A stretch of DNA of 64,000 nucleotides from an uncultured delta proteobacterium (lineage in GTDB: Bacteria > Desulfobacterota > Binatia > UBA9968): assembly GCA_963816145.1 (NCBI GenBank), contig CAWFJP010000003.1:704001-768000 (forward strand), read 5' to 3'. Numbering within the stretch: the first letter of the stretch is position 1; the number at the start of each line of letters is the position of its first letter. This document shows positions 1-12,221 of the stretch, piece by piece. Both the position numbers and the translations under genes were made by a program. The notes under the pieces were generated by a model. The model worked only from the letters and a program-made list of their open reading frames with translations. It searched no databases and was not told the origin of the DNA.

Positions 1-74
1 CGATAATCGGAGCGGAATCATGACTGCACAAGAAACGGCGCTCAGCGCTGACCCGCCAATGAGAGCTTGGACCA

Positions 75-743
75 TTAATTGGGGACTCGGGATAACCTAT
101 GCTGCCGTCGACCGCTCTCCCAGGTCACATATAGCGTCGGATCACTGGGTGGTGGCAATTTGGAGCGGCTGCTCCGCTGCATATACATCTTCACCCAGTA
201 GTTGTAGAAATAGTCGAAATCCTGAGTCTCTTTTTGCTCGCGCCCGTCAGCAGTGACATAGTCGATCGCAACCCAGCGATCCTTCACGGTCACGCCAAGC
301 AAACGGCTGCCTTCACGCTTGTCGAGAAAACAACCGATACCGCGGAGAATCTGCGAGATGCTATAGGGATCCGGCATCTGGCTAGACTGCTTACGCCGTT
401 CGCGGCTTTCGGTTTCGGAGTCAAGGAGATCGGTAATCGAATATTGCAGCTGGCGCACGGCGGGCTGCTGGCATCTCTTCCCAGCTCCGCTAAAGCCAAA
501 AAACCGCCGCAGCAGGGACTGCGGCGCGGAATTTTGTTTGGCAACTTGCCCATGAATCGTGTAGACAGCGCCGTTCACCCTTAAGTCATACTCAGTGAAA
601 CCGGCCTGCTGCAGCAGCGCGCCCAATGTTCTCAGAATACGGTCATGAGGGAAAAACTTGGTGGATTCGGTCAAATCCTCAGTAGCCCCAGATGGAACGT
701 CGTATTGGGCGAGAGCAGAGTTTTGTGAATGAAATAGTTTCAT
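75..743 (-). CDS. Hypothetical protein (222 aa) with an apparent internal duplication
   Basis: Clean ORF with a CAGGAG RBS upstream. The two halves resemble each other (ILRTLGALLQQ...YDLRVNG vs ILRGIGCFLDK...LGVTVKD). No family recognised. Confidence 0.75.
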   Translation of the reverse strand: MKLFHSQNSALAQYDVPSGATEDLTESTKFFPHDRILRTLGALLQQAGFTEYDLRVNGAVYTIHGQVAKQNSAPQSLLRRFFGFSGAGKRCQQPAVRQLQYSITDLLDSETESRERRKQSSQMPDPYSISQILRGIGCFLDKREGSRLLGVTVKDRWVAIDYVTADGREQKETQDFDYFYNYWVKMYMQRSSRSKLPPPSDPTLYVTWESGRRQHRLSRVPN

Positions 744-782
744 AGTCTGACTCCTGTACGAGCTGCCTTGCTATCTCTCGCT

Positions 783-875
783 ACTGGCAACCCGGCAGTC
801 AGACTCGGCTTCGATAAAACCTGGCTGATCCGTGGCTTTCCGCCCTCACCTCCGGGTGAGTTCGGCTTTTTCAGG
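783..875 (-). ncRNA. Cyclic dinucleotide riboswitch, c-di-GMP-I (GEMM) class
   Basis: Minus strand reads CTG-AAAAAG-CCGAAC-TCACC-CGGA-GGTGAG-GGCGGAAAGCCACGG...GACTGCCGGGTTGC-CAG. This matches the GEMM pattern: P2 hairpin, GCGGAAAGCC junction, 3' GCCGGGTTGCC. It ends about 40 nt upstream of the ORF start at 743. Confidence 0.75.
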
Positions 876-929
876 CGCGATGCTTCTTGGCGATAATTCG
901 TCGGACCAGGGTCCGTGATAAACATTATC

Positions 930-946
930 AGCAAGAGCGGTGCCAC
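930..946 (-). promoter_or_regulatory. Sigma54 (-24/-12) promoter
   Basis: Minus strand GTGGCACCGCTCTTGCT is an exact TGGCAC-N5-TTGC consensus, pointing toward the riboswitch and ORF 75-743. Confidence 0.75.
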
Positions 947-1130
947 TCCTAAAAACTACAAGGACGGCGTTGAGCGTCCCGCGATTCCCAATCGTTGGCG
1001 TCGACGCTGACAGGGCTGACAAAGGGTCACGTCAAAACCGACAGGATGGAAATGCTAAACGTCACTTTGCCCGTTAAACCTGACCGTGGATGTTGCAAGT
1101 TAGCAAAACGAAGCGCGACGGCAATGTGCG

Positions 1131-1167
1131 AAAAAACCCAAGCCGGGCTACTGCGCCGCAGTAGCCT
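1131..1167 (-). terminator. Probable intrinsic terminator after gltD
   Basis: GGCTACTGCG/CGCAGTAGCC hairpin just past the gltD stop, with a U-rich run a short distance further on the minus strand. Confidence 0.5.
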
Positions 1168-1176
1168 GCAAAAAGT

Positions 1177-2661
<1,485 letters not shown>

Positions 2662-2702
2662 CTCTAAGTCTTCTCTTTCTCTCAGCGATCGATTCTCTGC
2701 AC

Positions 2703-5700
2703 TCAGTTGCCGCTTACCCGCGACGCATCGTTCTTGTTGGCTTCGAACGCCGCCATCAGCGCTTCGTCGCCAACCAGCCCCTTGGCCTCGGCCACTTGCA
2801 ACGCCTCGACCACGCGACGGTAGTCCTTGGGCATGACCTTGACGAACTTGGGGGCGGTCTCCTGCCAGAGCGCCAGGAGCTGCCACGCCCGCGCGCTATG
2901 GGTGTAAACCGCGTGGCGCTTGAGCAACTCTTCGACTTCTTGCATGTCACGCTCATCGAGAATTTCTAAACTCACCGTCTCCAGATTGCAGCGGTTTTTG
3001 AACGTGCCATCTTCATCGAGCACGTAAGCGATACCGCCGGACATACCCGCCGCAAAATTGCGCCCGGTCTTGCCCAGCACGACCAATCTACCGCCGGTCA
3101 TATACTCGCAAGCATGGTCGCCGACACCTTCGACCACGGCGCGGACACCGCTGTTACGCACGCAGAAACGCTCGCCCGCCATGCCGCGGATGTAAGCCTC
3201 GCCATTGGTCGCGCCATAAAAGGCGACATTGCCGACGATGATGTTTTCCTCGGGCACGAAGGTCGAGCCTTCCGGCGGATAGAGCAACACCTTGCCGCCG
3301 GATAAACCTTTACCGAAATAGTCGTTGGCATCGCCTTCCAACTCGAGAGTAACTCCCGGCGGAATAAACGCGCCGAAACTCTGCCCCGCCGAGCCCTGGA
3401 AATGGAAATGAATCGTGTCCTCAGGCAAACCTTGCGGCCCGTATCGGCGCGTCACCTCGCTGCCGAGAATCGTGCCGACGACGCGGTTGGTATTGCGAAT
3501 ATCGAGCTTGGCTTTGACTTTTTCCTTGCGCTCCAATGCCGGCGCCGCCAAATCCAGCAACACCTGATTGTCGAGCGCATTCTCCAGACCATGATTCTGC
3601 GGGATCTGGCAATAGCGGCCGACTTCCGGGCCAGCTTTCGGCTGATAGAGAATCGCGGAGTAGTCCAGTCCTTGTGCTTTTAAGTGTGCGACAGCGCGGC
3701 GCATTTCGATGCGGTCCGAGCGGCCTACCATGTCATTGATAGTGCGAAAGCCGAGTTCGGCCATATGCTCGCGCATCTCCTGAGCGATAAAGCGCATGAA
3801 GTTGACGACATACTCAGGGTCGCCGGCAAACTTGGCTCGCAGTTCGGGATTTTGCGTCGCCACACCCACCGGACAAGTATCGAGATGGCACACCCGCATC
3901 ATGATGCAGCCCAAAGTCACCAGCGCCGTGGTGGCAAAACCAAACTCTTCCGCGCCCAGCAGCGCGGCAATCACGACATCGCGGCCGGTTTTCAATTGGC
4001 CATCGGTTTCCACCGCAATCCGGCTGCGCAAGTTATTGAGCACGAGGGTCTGATGCGTTTCGGCCAGACCCAACTCCCACGGCAAGCCAGCGTGCTTGAT
4101 GCTCGTCTGCGGCGACGCGCCGGTGCCGCCGTCATGGCCGCTGATCAACACGACATCGGCATGGCCCTTAGCCACGCCCGCCGCGATGGTGCCAACACCG
4201 ACCTCGGAAACCAGCTTCACGCTGATGCGCGCATGATGGTTGGCGTTCTTGAGATCGTGTATCAGCTGCGCCAAATCCTCGATGGAATAAATGTCATGGT
4301 GCGGCGGCGGTGAAATCAATCCGACTCCCGGCGTCGAGTGGCGCACCTTGGCGATCCACGGATAGACTTTTCGTCCCGGTAATTCGCCCCCCTCGCCCGG
4401 CTTGGCGCCTTGCGCCATCTTGATCTGCAGTTCTTTGGCCTGGGTGAGATAGTAACTGGTGACCCCGAAGCGGCCCGAAGCGACTTGTTTGATCGCGCTA
4501 TTTTTCGAGTCACCGTTGGCTTCGAGCACGTAACGCGCCGGATCTTCGCCGCCCTCGCCGGTGTTGCTCTTGCCGCCGATGCGGTTCATCGCCACCGCCA
4601 AGGCTTCATGGGCCTCTTTGCTGATCGAACCGTACGACATGGCGCCGGTCTTAAATCGTTTGACGATCTCGTCGACCGGCTCCACTTCTTCGATGGAAAT
4701 CGGCTTGTCGCCGTACTTGAGGCTCATCAAGCCGCGCAGCGTCGCGACCCGCTCCGACTGATCGTCGATCAGCCGGGTGTATTCTTTAAACGTCCGGTAA
4801 TCGTTGGTGCGCGCCGCCTTTTGCAGCAAATGAATCGTCCGCGGGTTGAACAGATGGAGCTCGCCATCTTTACGGTACTGATACTGGCCGTAGACTTCTA
4901 ACGTGTGGCCGTTGAACGGATAGGTCGGATAGGCCCGCGCATGCTGTTGCTGCGCCTCGCGCGCGACTTCTTCGAGGCCGATACCGCCGACGCGCGACGG
5001 CGTCCAGGAGAAATACTTATCCACCAGCTCGTGGCCCAACCCCACTGCCTCGAAAATTTGCGCACCGCAGTAAGACTTGATGGTCGAGATGCCCATCTTG
5101 GCCATCACTTTGACCACGCCCTTGTAGCAGGCTTTGTCGTAGCCCTTGACCGCGTCGTGATAGCTGATGTTTTGCAGCAGCCCTTGATGGATCATGTCAT
5201 TGAGACACTCATAGACGAGATAGGGATTGATCGCCTGAGCGCCATAACCGATCAGCAAACAGAAATGATGGACTTCGCGCGGTTCTCCCGACTCCAACAC
5301 CAAGCCCACGCGCGTGCGCGTGCCGGCGCGAATCAAATGATGATGCAACCCGGCCGTGGCGAGCAGCGCGGGGATCGGCGCGTGCGCGCGATCGACGCCC
5401 TTGTCGGAGAGAATGAGAATCGTCGCGCCGCCGGCGATCGCCTCATCCGCCGCTTTGAACAAATCATTAAGCGCGCGTTCCAAGCCAGCCTTGCCTTCGC
5501 TGGCATTGAACAAGATCGGCAGAGTGACGTTATTGATGCCGGGCATGTTGATCTGCCGGAGTTTTTCCAGATCGGAATTTTTCAGGATCGGCTCAGGCAA
5601 ACGCAGCTGCCGGCAGCTCTGCGGTCCCGGATTGACGAGATTGCCCTCGCTGCCAATCGTCAGGGTCGTTGAGGTAATCAACTCTTCGCGGATCGGATCG

Positions 5701-7301
5701 ATGGGCGGATTGGTCACCTGGGCGAACAGCTCTTTGAAATAGTTATAGAGCAGCTGCGGTTTGTCCGACAAAACCGCTAGCGGCGTATCCGTGCCCATGG
5801 AGCCCACCGGCTGGATGCTGTTTTGCGCCATGGGGCCGATATTGATGCGCAGGTCCTCGAAGTTGTAACCGAACGCCTGCAATCGTTGCAGCGTCGCCGC
5901 GTGATCGACCGCCGGCTCTTTATCCTTCATCTCCGGCAGATCGTTGAACCGGACCAAATTATCTTTGAGCCAATCGCCATAAGGCTGCGCCGCAGCCATC
6001 TGCTGCTTGATCTCTTCGTCGCTGATGATGCGCCCCTCGCTGGTGTCGACCAAAAACATCCGGCCCGGCTGCAACCGCCGTTTTTCCGACACGCGCTCCG
6101 GCGGCACGTCGAGCACGCCCACTTCCGAAGCCATGATAACGAGATCGTCCTTGGTCACGTAGTAACGCGAAGGCCGTAATCCATTGCGGTCGAGCACCGC
6201 GCCGACCACCGTGCCGTCGGTAAAAGCGATCGACGCCGGTCCATCCCAGGGTTCCATCAGGCAGCTGTGGAAATCGTAAAAGGCGCGCTTCTTGGCATCC
6301 ATGCTCTCGTGATTTTCCCAAGGCTCAGGGATCATCATCATCACGGCATGGGGCAAGGAACGGCCGCTCAAGGCCAAAAACTCCAAGCAGTTGTCGAACT
6401 TCGTCGAGTCGCTGCCGTCTTCCTGGATGATTGGAAACAATTTCTTCAAATCGTCGCCGAACATTTCCGACGCCAGCATGCCCTGGCGCGCATGCATCCA
6501 GTTCTCGTTGCCGCGCAGCGTGTTGATCTCGCCATTGTGAATCAAATACCGATAAGGATGCGCCCGCCCCCAACTCGGAAAGGTGTTGGTGCTGAATCGC
6601 GAGTGCACCAGCGCAATCGCCGATTCAACCTGGGGATCGGTGAGATCGGGGTAAAAGGTCGACACCTGGCGCGGCGTCAGCATGCCTTTATAGATCAAAG
6701 TCCGGCTCGATAGGCTCGGCACGTAGAACAAGTCCCCACCCGGCAGCCCTGCGTAGCGGATGGCATTTTCGGCGCGCCGCCGGATTACGTACAACTTGCG
6801 TTCGAACGCCAAGTCGTCCGTGATATCCGCACTGCGGCCTATGAACACTTGACGCACAAAGGGCTCGGTCGCTTTGGCGGTATCGCCCAGGTAAAGATTG
6901 TCCGTCGGCACTTTGCGCCAACCGAGACATTCCTGGCCCTCTTCTTTAACGATCGCCTCGATGATCTTCTCGAACTTCGGGCGCTGCTGGCGGTGATCGG
7001 GAAAGAAAATCATGCCGACACCATAGTCCCCCGGCTCCGGCAGTTTAAAGCCTAACCCGGCGCAGGCCTCTTTGAGAAAAACGTGCGGTACTTGCATCAG
7101 GATACCGGCGCCGTCACCGGTGTTCTCCTCGCAGCCGCAGGCACCGCGATGATCGAGGTTCTCCAATACCGTGAGCGCCTGCTCGACGATCTCGTGCGAT
7201 TTTTCGCCCTTGATATTGACGACGAAGCCGACACCGCAAGCATCATGCTCGAAGCGCGGATCGTAGAGACCCTGTTTTTCTGGCAATCCTGAAAGACTCA
7301 T
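2703..7301 (-). CDS. gltB: Glutamate synthase large (alpha) subunit
   Basis: 1532 aa. Ntn-Cys motif [28 protein letters not shown], the 3Fe-4S motif [13 protein letters not shown] and a C-terminal GXGXG domain. Confidence 0.98.
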   Translation of the reverse strand: MSLSGLPEKQGLYDPRFEHDACGVGFVVNIKGEKSHEIVEQALTVLENLDHRGACGCEENTGDGAGILMQVPHVFLKEACAGLGFKLPEPGDYGVGMIFFPDHRQQRPKFEKIIEAIVKEEGQECLGWRKVPTDNLYLGDTAKATEPFVRQVFIGRSADITDDLAFERKLYVIRRRAENAIRYAGLPGGDLFYVPSLSSRTLIYKGMLTPRQVSTFYPDLTDPQVESAIALVHSRFSTNTFPSWGRAHPYRYLIHNGEINTLRGNENWMHARQGMLASEMFGDDLKKLFPIIQEDGSDSTKFDNCLEFLALSGRSLPHAVMMMIPEPWENHESMDAKKRAFYDFHSCLMEPWDGPASIAFTDGTVVGAVLDRNGLRPSRYYVTKDDLVIMASEVGVLDVPPERVSEKRRLQPGRMFLVDTSEGRIISDEEIKQQMAAAQPYGDWLKDNLVRFNDLPEMKDKEPAVDHAATLQRLQAFGYNFEDLRINIGPMAQNSIQPVGSMGTDTPLAVLSDKPQLLYNYFKELFAQVTNPPIDPIREELITSTTLTIGSEGNLVNPGPQSCRQLRLPEPILKNSDLEKLRQINMPGINNVTLPILFNASEGKAGLERALNDLFKAADEAIAGGATILILSDKGVDRAHAPIPALLATAGLHHHLIRAGTRTRVGLVLESGEPREVHHFCLLIGYGAQAINPYLVYECLNDMIHQGLLQNISYHDAVKGYDKACYKGVVKVMAKMGISTIKSYCGAQIFEAVGLGHELVDKYFSWTPSRVGGIGLEEVAREAQQQHARAYPTYPFNGHTLEVYGQYQYRKDGELHLFNPRTIHLLQKAARTNDYRTFKEYTRLIDDQSERVATLRGLMSLKYGDKPISIEEVEPVDEIVKRFKTGAMSYGSISKEAHEALAVAMNRIGGKSNTGEGGEDPARYVLEANGDSKNSAIKQVASGRFGVTSYYLTQAKELQIKMAQGAKPGEGGELPGRKVYPWIAKVRHSTPGVGLISPPPHHDIYSIEDLAQLIHDLKNANHHARISVKLVSEVGVGTIAAGVAKGHADVVLISGHDGGTGASPQTSIKHAGLPWELGLAETHQTLVLNNLRSRIAVETDGQLKTGRDVVIAALLGAEEFGFATTALVTLGCIMMRVCHLDTCPVGVATQNPELRAKFAGDPEYVVNFMRFIAQEMREHMAELGFRTINDMVGRSDRIEMRRAVAHLKAQGLDYSAILYQPKAGPEVGRYCQIPQNHGLENALDNQVLLDLAAPALERKEKVKAKLDIRNTNRVVGTILGSEVTRRYGPQGLPEDTIHFHFQGSAGQSFGAFIPPGVTLELEGDANDYFGKGLSGGKVLLYPPEGSTFVPEENIIVGNVAFYGATNGEAYIRGMAGERFCVRNSGVRAVVEGVGDHACEYMTGGRLVVLGKTGRNFAAGMSGGIAYVLDEDGTFKNRCNLETVSLEILDERDMQEVEELLKRHAVYTHSARAWQLLALWQETAPKFVKVMPKDYRRVVEALQVAEAKGLVGDEALMAAFEANKNDASRVSGN

Positions 7302-7374
7302 AGGGTTATCCTTACAAACTTTATTTCCCTGCTTGTAATACTTTTAGCCGACATCGTGAAGCGCCCAACGAGTG

Positions 7375-7860
7375 CTATTTCTTCTTAGCGCTGGAGCTTT
7401 CGGCCAAACCGGCATCGAGGTCCAGCGCTTGGCTTTCCTTGGCCGTCGAGAGGACCACGTTGGTGACCGTGCGCGTCACCCCCTCGACCGAACGAATTTC
7501 ACCCAACAATTTTTCCAGCGAGCCGGTGTTGGCGGACTTCACTTTTAGAATGAAGCTCTCGTCACCGGTCACGTGATGACACTCCAAAACATCGCCATAA
7601 TGGAGCATCTGCCGGGCGAAGGCATCGATACCGCTCTGGTTGCCGATCGACACCCCGATGAAGGCGGTAATATCCTTGCCAACCTTTTTGCTGTCGATCA
7701 GCGCTTGGTAGCCTCGAATAACCCCGCTGGCTTCGAGCTTCTTTACCCGCTCCATAACGGCCGGCGCTGACAACTCCACCTCGTCGGCGATGTCGGCTAA
7801 ACGCTTGCGACCGTTATTTTGCAGAATATAAATGATTTTTAAATCTATTTGGTCAATCAA
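7375..7860 (-). CDS. Lrp/AsnC family transcriptional regulator
   Basis: N-terminal HTH (LADIADEVELSAPAVMERVKKLE) and RAM domain (ECHHVTGDESFILKV). TTG start. Co-oriented with gltBD. Confidence 0.93.
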   Translation of the reverse strand: MIDQIDLKIIYILQNNGRKRLADIADEVELSAPAVMERVKKLEASGVIRGYQALIDSKKVGKDITAFIGVSIGNQSGIDAFARQMLHYGDVLECHHVTGDESFILKVKSANTGSLEKLLGEIRSVEGVTRTVTNVVLSTAKESQALDLDAGLAESSSAKKK

Positions 7861-8286
7861 GTTAAAAATCTTAAGCCTTTGCAGTTAAAAACTTAAAGTT
7901 TTTATGCCATCGAGCAAAAAGCTTGTCAAGCAGCGGAGCGGAAAATTTGCTATTTGCCAAGAATTAACGGTGGAATTGCAGCCAGTTGCAACACGGGCAG
8001 GAGCTCAGCTGATCCGCCATGGCAGCGGAATTTCGACGGCTCTAAAATACGCAAGACCCCGGCAAGCGACCCAGATCTATGTAATGATTGGTCGACAGGT
8101 CATGTTGAGCTATTTTTTTTGTGGTTCCGAATAGCTGATTGCCGGTGTGCGGCTCCATCGATAGGCGGAAGGATTCCAACTCTCTACGCTCGATGAAACA
8201 CGTCATGCGGCCGTCGCCAGCAAGCGCCGGGCGCATCCACGCCATCACTTTTTTTTGAGTCGCCCGCTAGTCTCGCTAAGGTGGAC

Positions 8287-8952
8287 TCACATCAAGGGCA
8301 AGTCTACGGCCGCCGCATTCTCGCTATCGAGGGACCTGTTCAGCCACGGGCACTGTACGACCAGGCCAGGATTACCCTTGACCAAATGTTCGACAATCTG
8401 CCGCGCGCGCGGGTCGGTCGCGTCGGCATTGATCGCTTCCACCAGCACCCACGCCGCACCGATCAAATTGCCTTGTCCCTTGAGACTGATGCCGAGGTTG
8501 CGGAATGCGCTGGCCCTCGTCCAATCGATATCGATGGCTGCACGGCAGTACTTTTCCGCCTCAACATGTCGGTTAAGTTGGTTGAGACAAAAACCGATGT
8601 TGTTGTGCAACACATATTTGACCTTGCGCTTTCCCGGCCGCAGCGCCAACGCTGAATTGAAATGCTCCAGAGCAACCGCAAAGCGCTTTTCATCGGTCGC
8701 GATTTGGCCCAAAGCGAGATGGCAATGCGCCTGGTTCTCTGGGTTGCGGTTGGACTTGATGTAAGCATCGAGCAACTCGATGGCTTCGCTGATTTTATTG
8801 ATACCGCGGTAAAAACCGACGACGAAAAGCATCCAACGGAAGTATTCCTCCTCGGTGGTCGTGTTGTTTAGCCGTTGCAACAACAGACTCTCCGTATCGA
8901 GACTCTTATCTGGAACGTCGGCAGCTTCAGTCTTCTTTTCAGTGGTGCTCAT
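8287..8952 (-). CDS. Tetratricopeptide repeat protein
   Basis: TPR-like helices: HCHLALGQ, LHNNIGFCL, AFRNLGISL. Confidence 0.85.
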   Translation of the reverse strand: MSTTEKKTEAADVPDKSLDTESLLLQRLNNTTTEEEYFRWMLFVVGFYRGINKISEAIELLDAYIKSNRNPENQAHCHLALGQIATDEKRFAVALEHFNSALALRPGKRKVKYVLHNNIGFCLNQLNRHVEAEKYCRAAIDIDWTRASAFRNLGISLKGQGNLIGAAWVLVEAINADATDPRARQIVEHLVKGNPGLVVQCPWLNRSLDSENAAAVDLPLM

Positions 8953-8965
8953 GGGGTCTGTTTAG

Positions 8966-8982
8966 AGCAAGCCTAGTACCAG
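8966..8982 (-). promoter_or_regulatory. Sigma54 (-24/-12) promoter for the TPR gene
   Basis: Minus strand CTGGTACTAGGCTTGCT is TGGYAC-N5-TTGC, about 14 nt before the ATG. Confidence 0.6.
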
Positions 8983-9285
8983 CCCCGAGCCAGGTCAAAA
9001 ACCGCCAAATCATCTGGCCAATGGCAAAACTAGAGCCGCAACCGCGGGAACTAATGAGAGAATCTACTCCTGGCTTGAGTAAACAAGGCGTCGGAGCCCG
9101 ACCGCAAGGATCATATTTTAGCTGGTTCAAGCGATGACAACTCATTCCCTTGAGATGTCCTCAAACGATGACGCGGGATCTGTTAGCAAATTTTACAGAT
9201 TACGGCAAAATCTAACGTCGCTGCTTAGCGCTCGGACAGGGTCGAGCCATATTTATCGGCTGAAAATCCGGTTGATATGGCTCGC

Positions 9286-10275
9286 CTACTTGTAGAGCCC
9301 GTCGATATACCCGGACTTATCGAACTCCTCGATGAAGCGAATATCCACAAAATCTTTTGCATTGGCGGTCTTGGCCGCCGGCAACCGTTTGCCGGCTTCT
9401 TCGAAGATCGGTTTGAAACCTTCCAGGTTCGGATAGGGTTTGGCTTGGATGAAGCTGCGCAACAGCTGGTAGGAATCTTCGAGATCTCGCTCGTCACGAA
9501 TCTGCATATGTTTGCCGATGGCGCGTTTGGCGACGGCGGGGTTATTGCGCATGAAGTGGATGCCGTCGATCATCGATTTCACCACGCGCCGGACGATGTC
9601 GGGATTTCGCGCGATAAACTTTTGGGTCGTATTGAGACCCGTCTGTTGCAAAACGATATCCATCTCTTGCATGTTCAACAGCACGCGCAAGCCCATCGCC
9701 GCCAGTTTCTTGTCGTAGGGCGGCTGCATGATCGCTGCGTCGATGTTTTTGCCCGTGGCCAAGCCGTTGACCAAAACGGGCACATCGCCGCTCTGCAGCA
9801 GGATCACATCCCTTTCCGCATCGAGGCCAAGGCGCGATAATAACAACCGCGTGGTCCAGTCGCTCACCGTGCCGAAGCGCGTAATGCCGATACGTTTGCC
9901 GCGAAGATCAGCCACCGTACGAATCTCCGGCCGCACCACCAAGCGATAAATCGGCTTATGCAAAAAACTCAGCAGCATAACGACATCGGCGCCCTGCAAC
10001 CGCGCCGGCGTCAGCAGGCTCGCCGAATAAACACACATCTGTATCTCGCCAGCGATCATCGCCGTCTGCCCCAGAGTGGTTTGCAAATAGAGGATCTCGG
10101 CGTCGATGCCGTTCTTTTCGAACAGCCGGCCCTCATGCGTCACCCACAACATCGAGTTGGTGACCGTCGCACCGGAATAGCCAATGCGAATCTTGTCGGC
10201 GGCAAAGGACAGCTGCGCTGGCAAAGAAAACATTACTACGGCAACAACGATGCAAGAGCGGCGGCGAATAAACAT
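9286..10275 (-). CDS. ABC substrate-binding protein, NMT1/SsuA/THI5-like
   Basis: Signal peptide, ADKIRIGY, GLFEKNGID-like segment, DLRGKRIGITRFGT. Confidence 0.88.
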   Translation of the reverse strand: MFIRRRSCIVVAVVMFSLPAQLSFAADKIRIGYSGATVTNSMLWVTHEGRLFEKNGIDAEILYLQTTLGQTAMIAGEIQMCVYSASLLTPARLQGADVVMLLSFLHKPIYRLVVRPEIRTVADLRGKRIGITRFGTVSDWTTRLLLSRLGLDAERDVILLQSGDVPVLVNGLATGKNIDAAIMQPPYDKKLAAMGLRVLLNMQEMDIVLQQTGLNTTQKFIARNPDIVRRVVKSMIDGIHFMRNNPAVAKRAIGKHMQIRDERDLEDSYQLLRSFIQAKPYPNLEGFKPIFEEAGKRLPAAKTANAKDFVDIRFIEEFDKSGYIDGLYK

Positions 10276-10351
10276 GAGAATCAGACCCTCACCCTACCCA
10301 TCGGAATGGGCGGGGTTGAGATTTTGTTGGTCGAGGATTTCTCCGAAACAA

Positions 10352-10385
10352 TTGGAACGACTGGAACGTTTTGAACGATTGGAAC
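10352..10385. repeat. Short 9-mer tandem repeat, (T/C)TGGAAC family
   Basis: TTGGAACGA CTGGAACGT TTTGAACGA TTGGAAC abuts the stop of the upstream gene. Confidence 0.75.
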
Positions 10386-10387
10386 TC

Positions 10388-11440
10388 TCAATCTTTGATT
10401 ATTTTAGTGACCGACCGCGTCGAACCACCCTCCGGCGTGCTCTGCCCCCAGACGTGGATATACTGGGACTGAGAGCCGTCGCCGCCGGCGACGATAACGA
10501 GAATATCTTCCGGCTTGTCGGTGACGGGAATGATACTGTCGCGGGTTAACTTCAGATCGGAGCGGCGCTTGACTCTTTGCGCGAAGGTCTCGTCAGGCAA
10601 GTCTTTCATACGGTAGGCGGCGCGCTCCCAGATAAACATTTGCACGTCCTTCTTGCTGAAGCCGTCACCGGCAATGATCTTGGCATGCTCCGGGCAAATA
10701 ACCATGATCGCTTCGGGACCGGACGGCCCCTCCATGCGTTGCGCGAAGTTAGTGAGAATGCCTTCGGCTTTGGAACTGTCGAGATCCGAAGCCCGCACCG
10801 ACGCGTCCGCGCTTATCACCGTTACAGTGCTATCGCTCGCCTTAAAGCCGCGCTCGACATGGAGCGGTTCCCACGGACTCACTTCTTCATTTTCGCCGAT
10901 ACAGATGGAATATTTTCCCGGCCACCCGAGCGTCGCCTTGCAGGTCGTGCCCGGAAGGGAACCGCCGATATTACGCTTGATCATCTGCACGAAACGGCCG
11001 ATGGTCGCGTTGGCGCGCCAGCCTTCACCGAGAGCGTTGGAGCCGCCGTTCACATTCAGCTGCTTGCGAACCGGACCGTTGATGATAGCCATCACCGCTG
11101 GCCCGCCGGTGGTGGCTTGGAGCGCGTAGAGATTGAGCTTGGGATCACAGAGCGCTTCCACGGTTGCGATCAAAGTCGGCATGTACTCGGGCTTGCATCC
11201 GGCCATGACGCCGTTGATGGCAATTTTCTCCACCGTGGCGGGCGCCCAGCGCGGCGGCACAGATCCGATAGCTTCATCAGGCTTGCGCTTGGTACCGGCG
11301 AGCATCTTCGCCACGCGCTCTTCGGTCGGAGGTATAACCGGTAGCCCATCGGACCAACCTTTTTCTACGAAGTATTCCTGCGCCTCCCAGATATCATCCG
11401 GAATTTCGATTCGCTCCGCCTGCGGTGTTGCCGTTGCCAT
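10388..11440 (-). CDS. Conserved hypothetical protein (GWSDGLPVIPPT family, typically beside or fused to UGSC proteins)
   Basis: Start trimmed to MATATPQ after a GAGGGG RBS; the longer ORF-track N-terminus is REP sequence. Motifs GWSDGLPVIPPT, EKIAINGVMAGCKPEY, RANATIGR, ENEEVSPWEPLH. Confidence 0.85.
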   Translation of the reverse strand: MATATPQAERIEIPDDIWEAQEYFVEKGWSDGLPVIPPTEERVAKMLAGTKRKPDEAIGSVPPRWAPATVEKIAINGVMAGCKPEYMPTLIATVEALCDPKLNLYALQATTGGPAVMAIINGPVRKQLNVNGGSNALGEGWRANATIGRFVQMIKRNIGGSLPGTTCKATLGWPGKYSICIGENEEVSPWEPLHVERGFKASDSTVTVISADASVRASDLDSSKAEGILTNFAQRMEGPSGPEAIMVICPEHAKIIAGDGFSKKDVQMFIWERAAYRMKDLPDETFAQRVKRRSDLKLTRDSIIPVTDKPEDILVIVAGGDGSQSQYIHVWGQSTPEGGSTRSVTKIIKD

Positions 11441-11501
11441 AATTTGCCCCTCGACGATCGCCCTTGGTCGAAGACCAACGGGCGAGAATTTTCCCTGCGT
11501 C

Positions 11502-11583
11502 GTCATTCCCGCGAAGGCGGGAATCCAGTTTTTTGCCGTAGAACCCAAAGACGAAGATGAATACCGGCCTTCGCCGGTATGAC
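11502..11583. repeat. Inverted REP-like doublet, GTCATTCCCGCGAAGGCGGGAATCC type
   Basis: GTCATTCCCGCGAAGGCGGGAATCCAG ... AATACCGGCCTTCGCCGGTATGAC. Related copies at about 41068-41133 and 42312-42386. Confidence 0.85.
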
Positions 11584-11669
11584 AGAACTGGGAATACAGA
11601 TATTTAGAAGCGTTTCGGGTTTCGAATCCCTGATTCAGCTCAAGTCTCGAAACCCGTAACCGATTTTTC

Positions 11670-12221
11670 TTAAGCGACCTTCGCCCGCGCCGCATTGGGC
11701 TCAAGCAGAATGTCTATTAACTGATCGAAAGCCGCGTCGGCTTTCTTATTGACTTCTTCAACCTTCACCGTGCCGATCGGATGTTGCACCACCAGCACCG
11801 GATGATCCGGCGCGCCGAAGGCTTCCTTCTCGGATTTCGCCAGCGCCGTGAAAGCGTTGGTGATGAAAGTCACGGCGAACTTCCCGCGTTTCTGGATTTC
11901 TAACGAGTCGTGGACACTCCACGACGTGCAAGAGCCTCAATCACCGAGGCCGGCTAAGACGAAATCCGTCTGCGCGGCCAGCTCCTCGATATATTGTTTT
12001 GGCGCGCCTTGCTGCGCCGTCAGCTTGCGCCGAGTAATCACCTTGGCCACGCCATAGCGTTCCTGCAACAGCGCAGCCAATCGTTCCGCCAGCTTGTCGG
12101 CGTTCGGCTTGCTGTTATCCAGCACCCCGATGATTTTCCCCTGCAAACTCGTAAAGCGCGCTACCGGGGCAATTTTCGCCGCCGACGACTTCGCTTTCCC
12201 CTCCGGGCTGAGAACAATCAT
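11670..12221 (-). CDS. UGSC-family selenoprotein (about 183 aa, Sec at UGA 11937-11939)
   Basis: ORFs 11937-12221 and 11670-11873 share a frame, and the only stop between them is one TGA. Read-through gives VLAGLGD-U-GSCTSWSVHDSLEIQKRGKFAVTFIT. Strong AGGAGGAGG RBS. Confidence 0.9.
11907..11925 (-). promoter_or_regulatory. Bacterial SECIS-like hairpin
   Basis: mRNA reads UGA-GGCUCUUGCAC (11 nt)-GUCGUGGA-GUG-UCCACGAC, a perfect 8-bp stem with a G-containing loop. Confidence 0.75.

Noticed and set aside
2662-2886. Extended GltD N-terminus in the ORF track
   Set aside because: It overlaps the gltB 3' end. The conserved start is MGKPTGF at 2661.
8042-8248. Small ORF downstream of the TPR gene as a possible peptide or RiPP precursor
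   Set aside because: No clear RBS, no recognisable motif and no modifying enzymes nearby.
11441-11704. 88-aa N-terminal extension of ORF 10388-11704
   Set aside because: It translates REP sequence (WIPAFAGMT) and overlaps the selenoprotein. A good RBS precedes ATG 11440.
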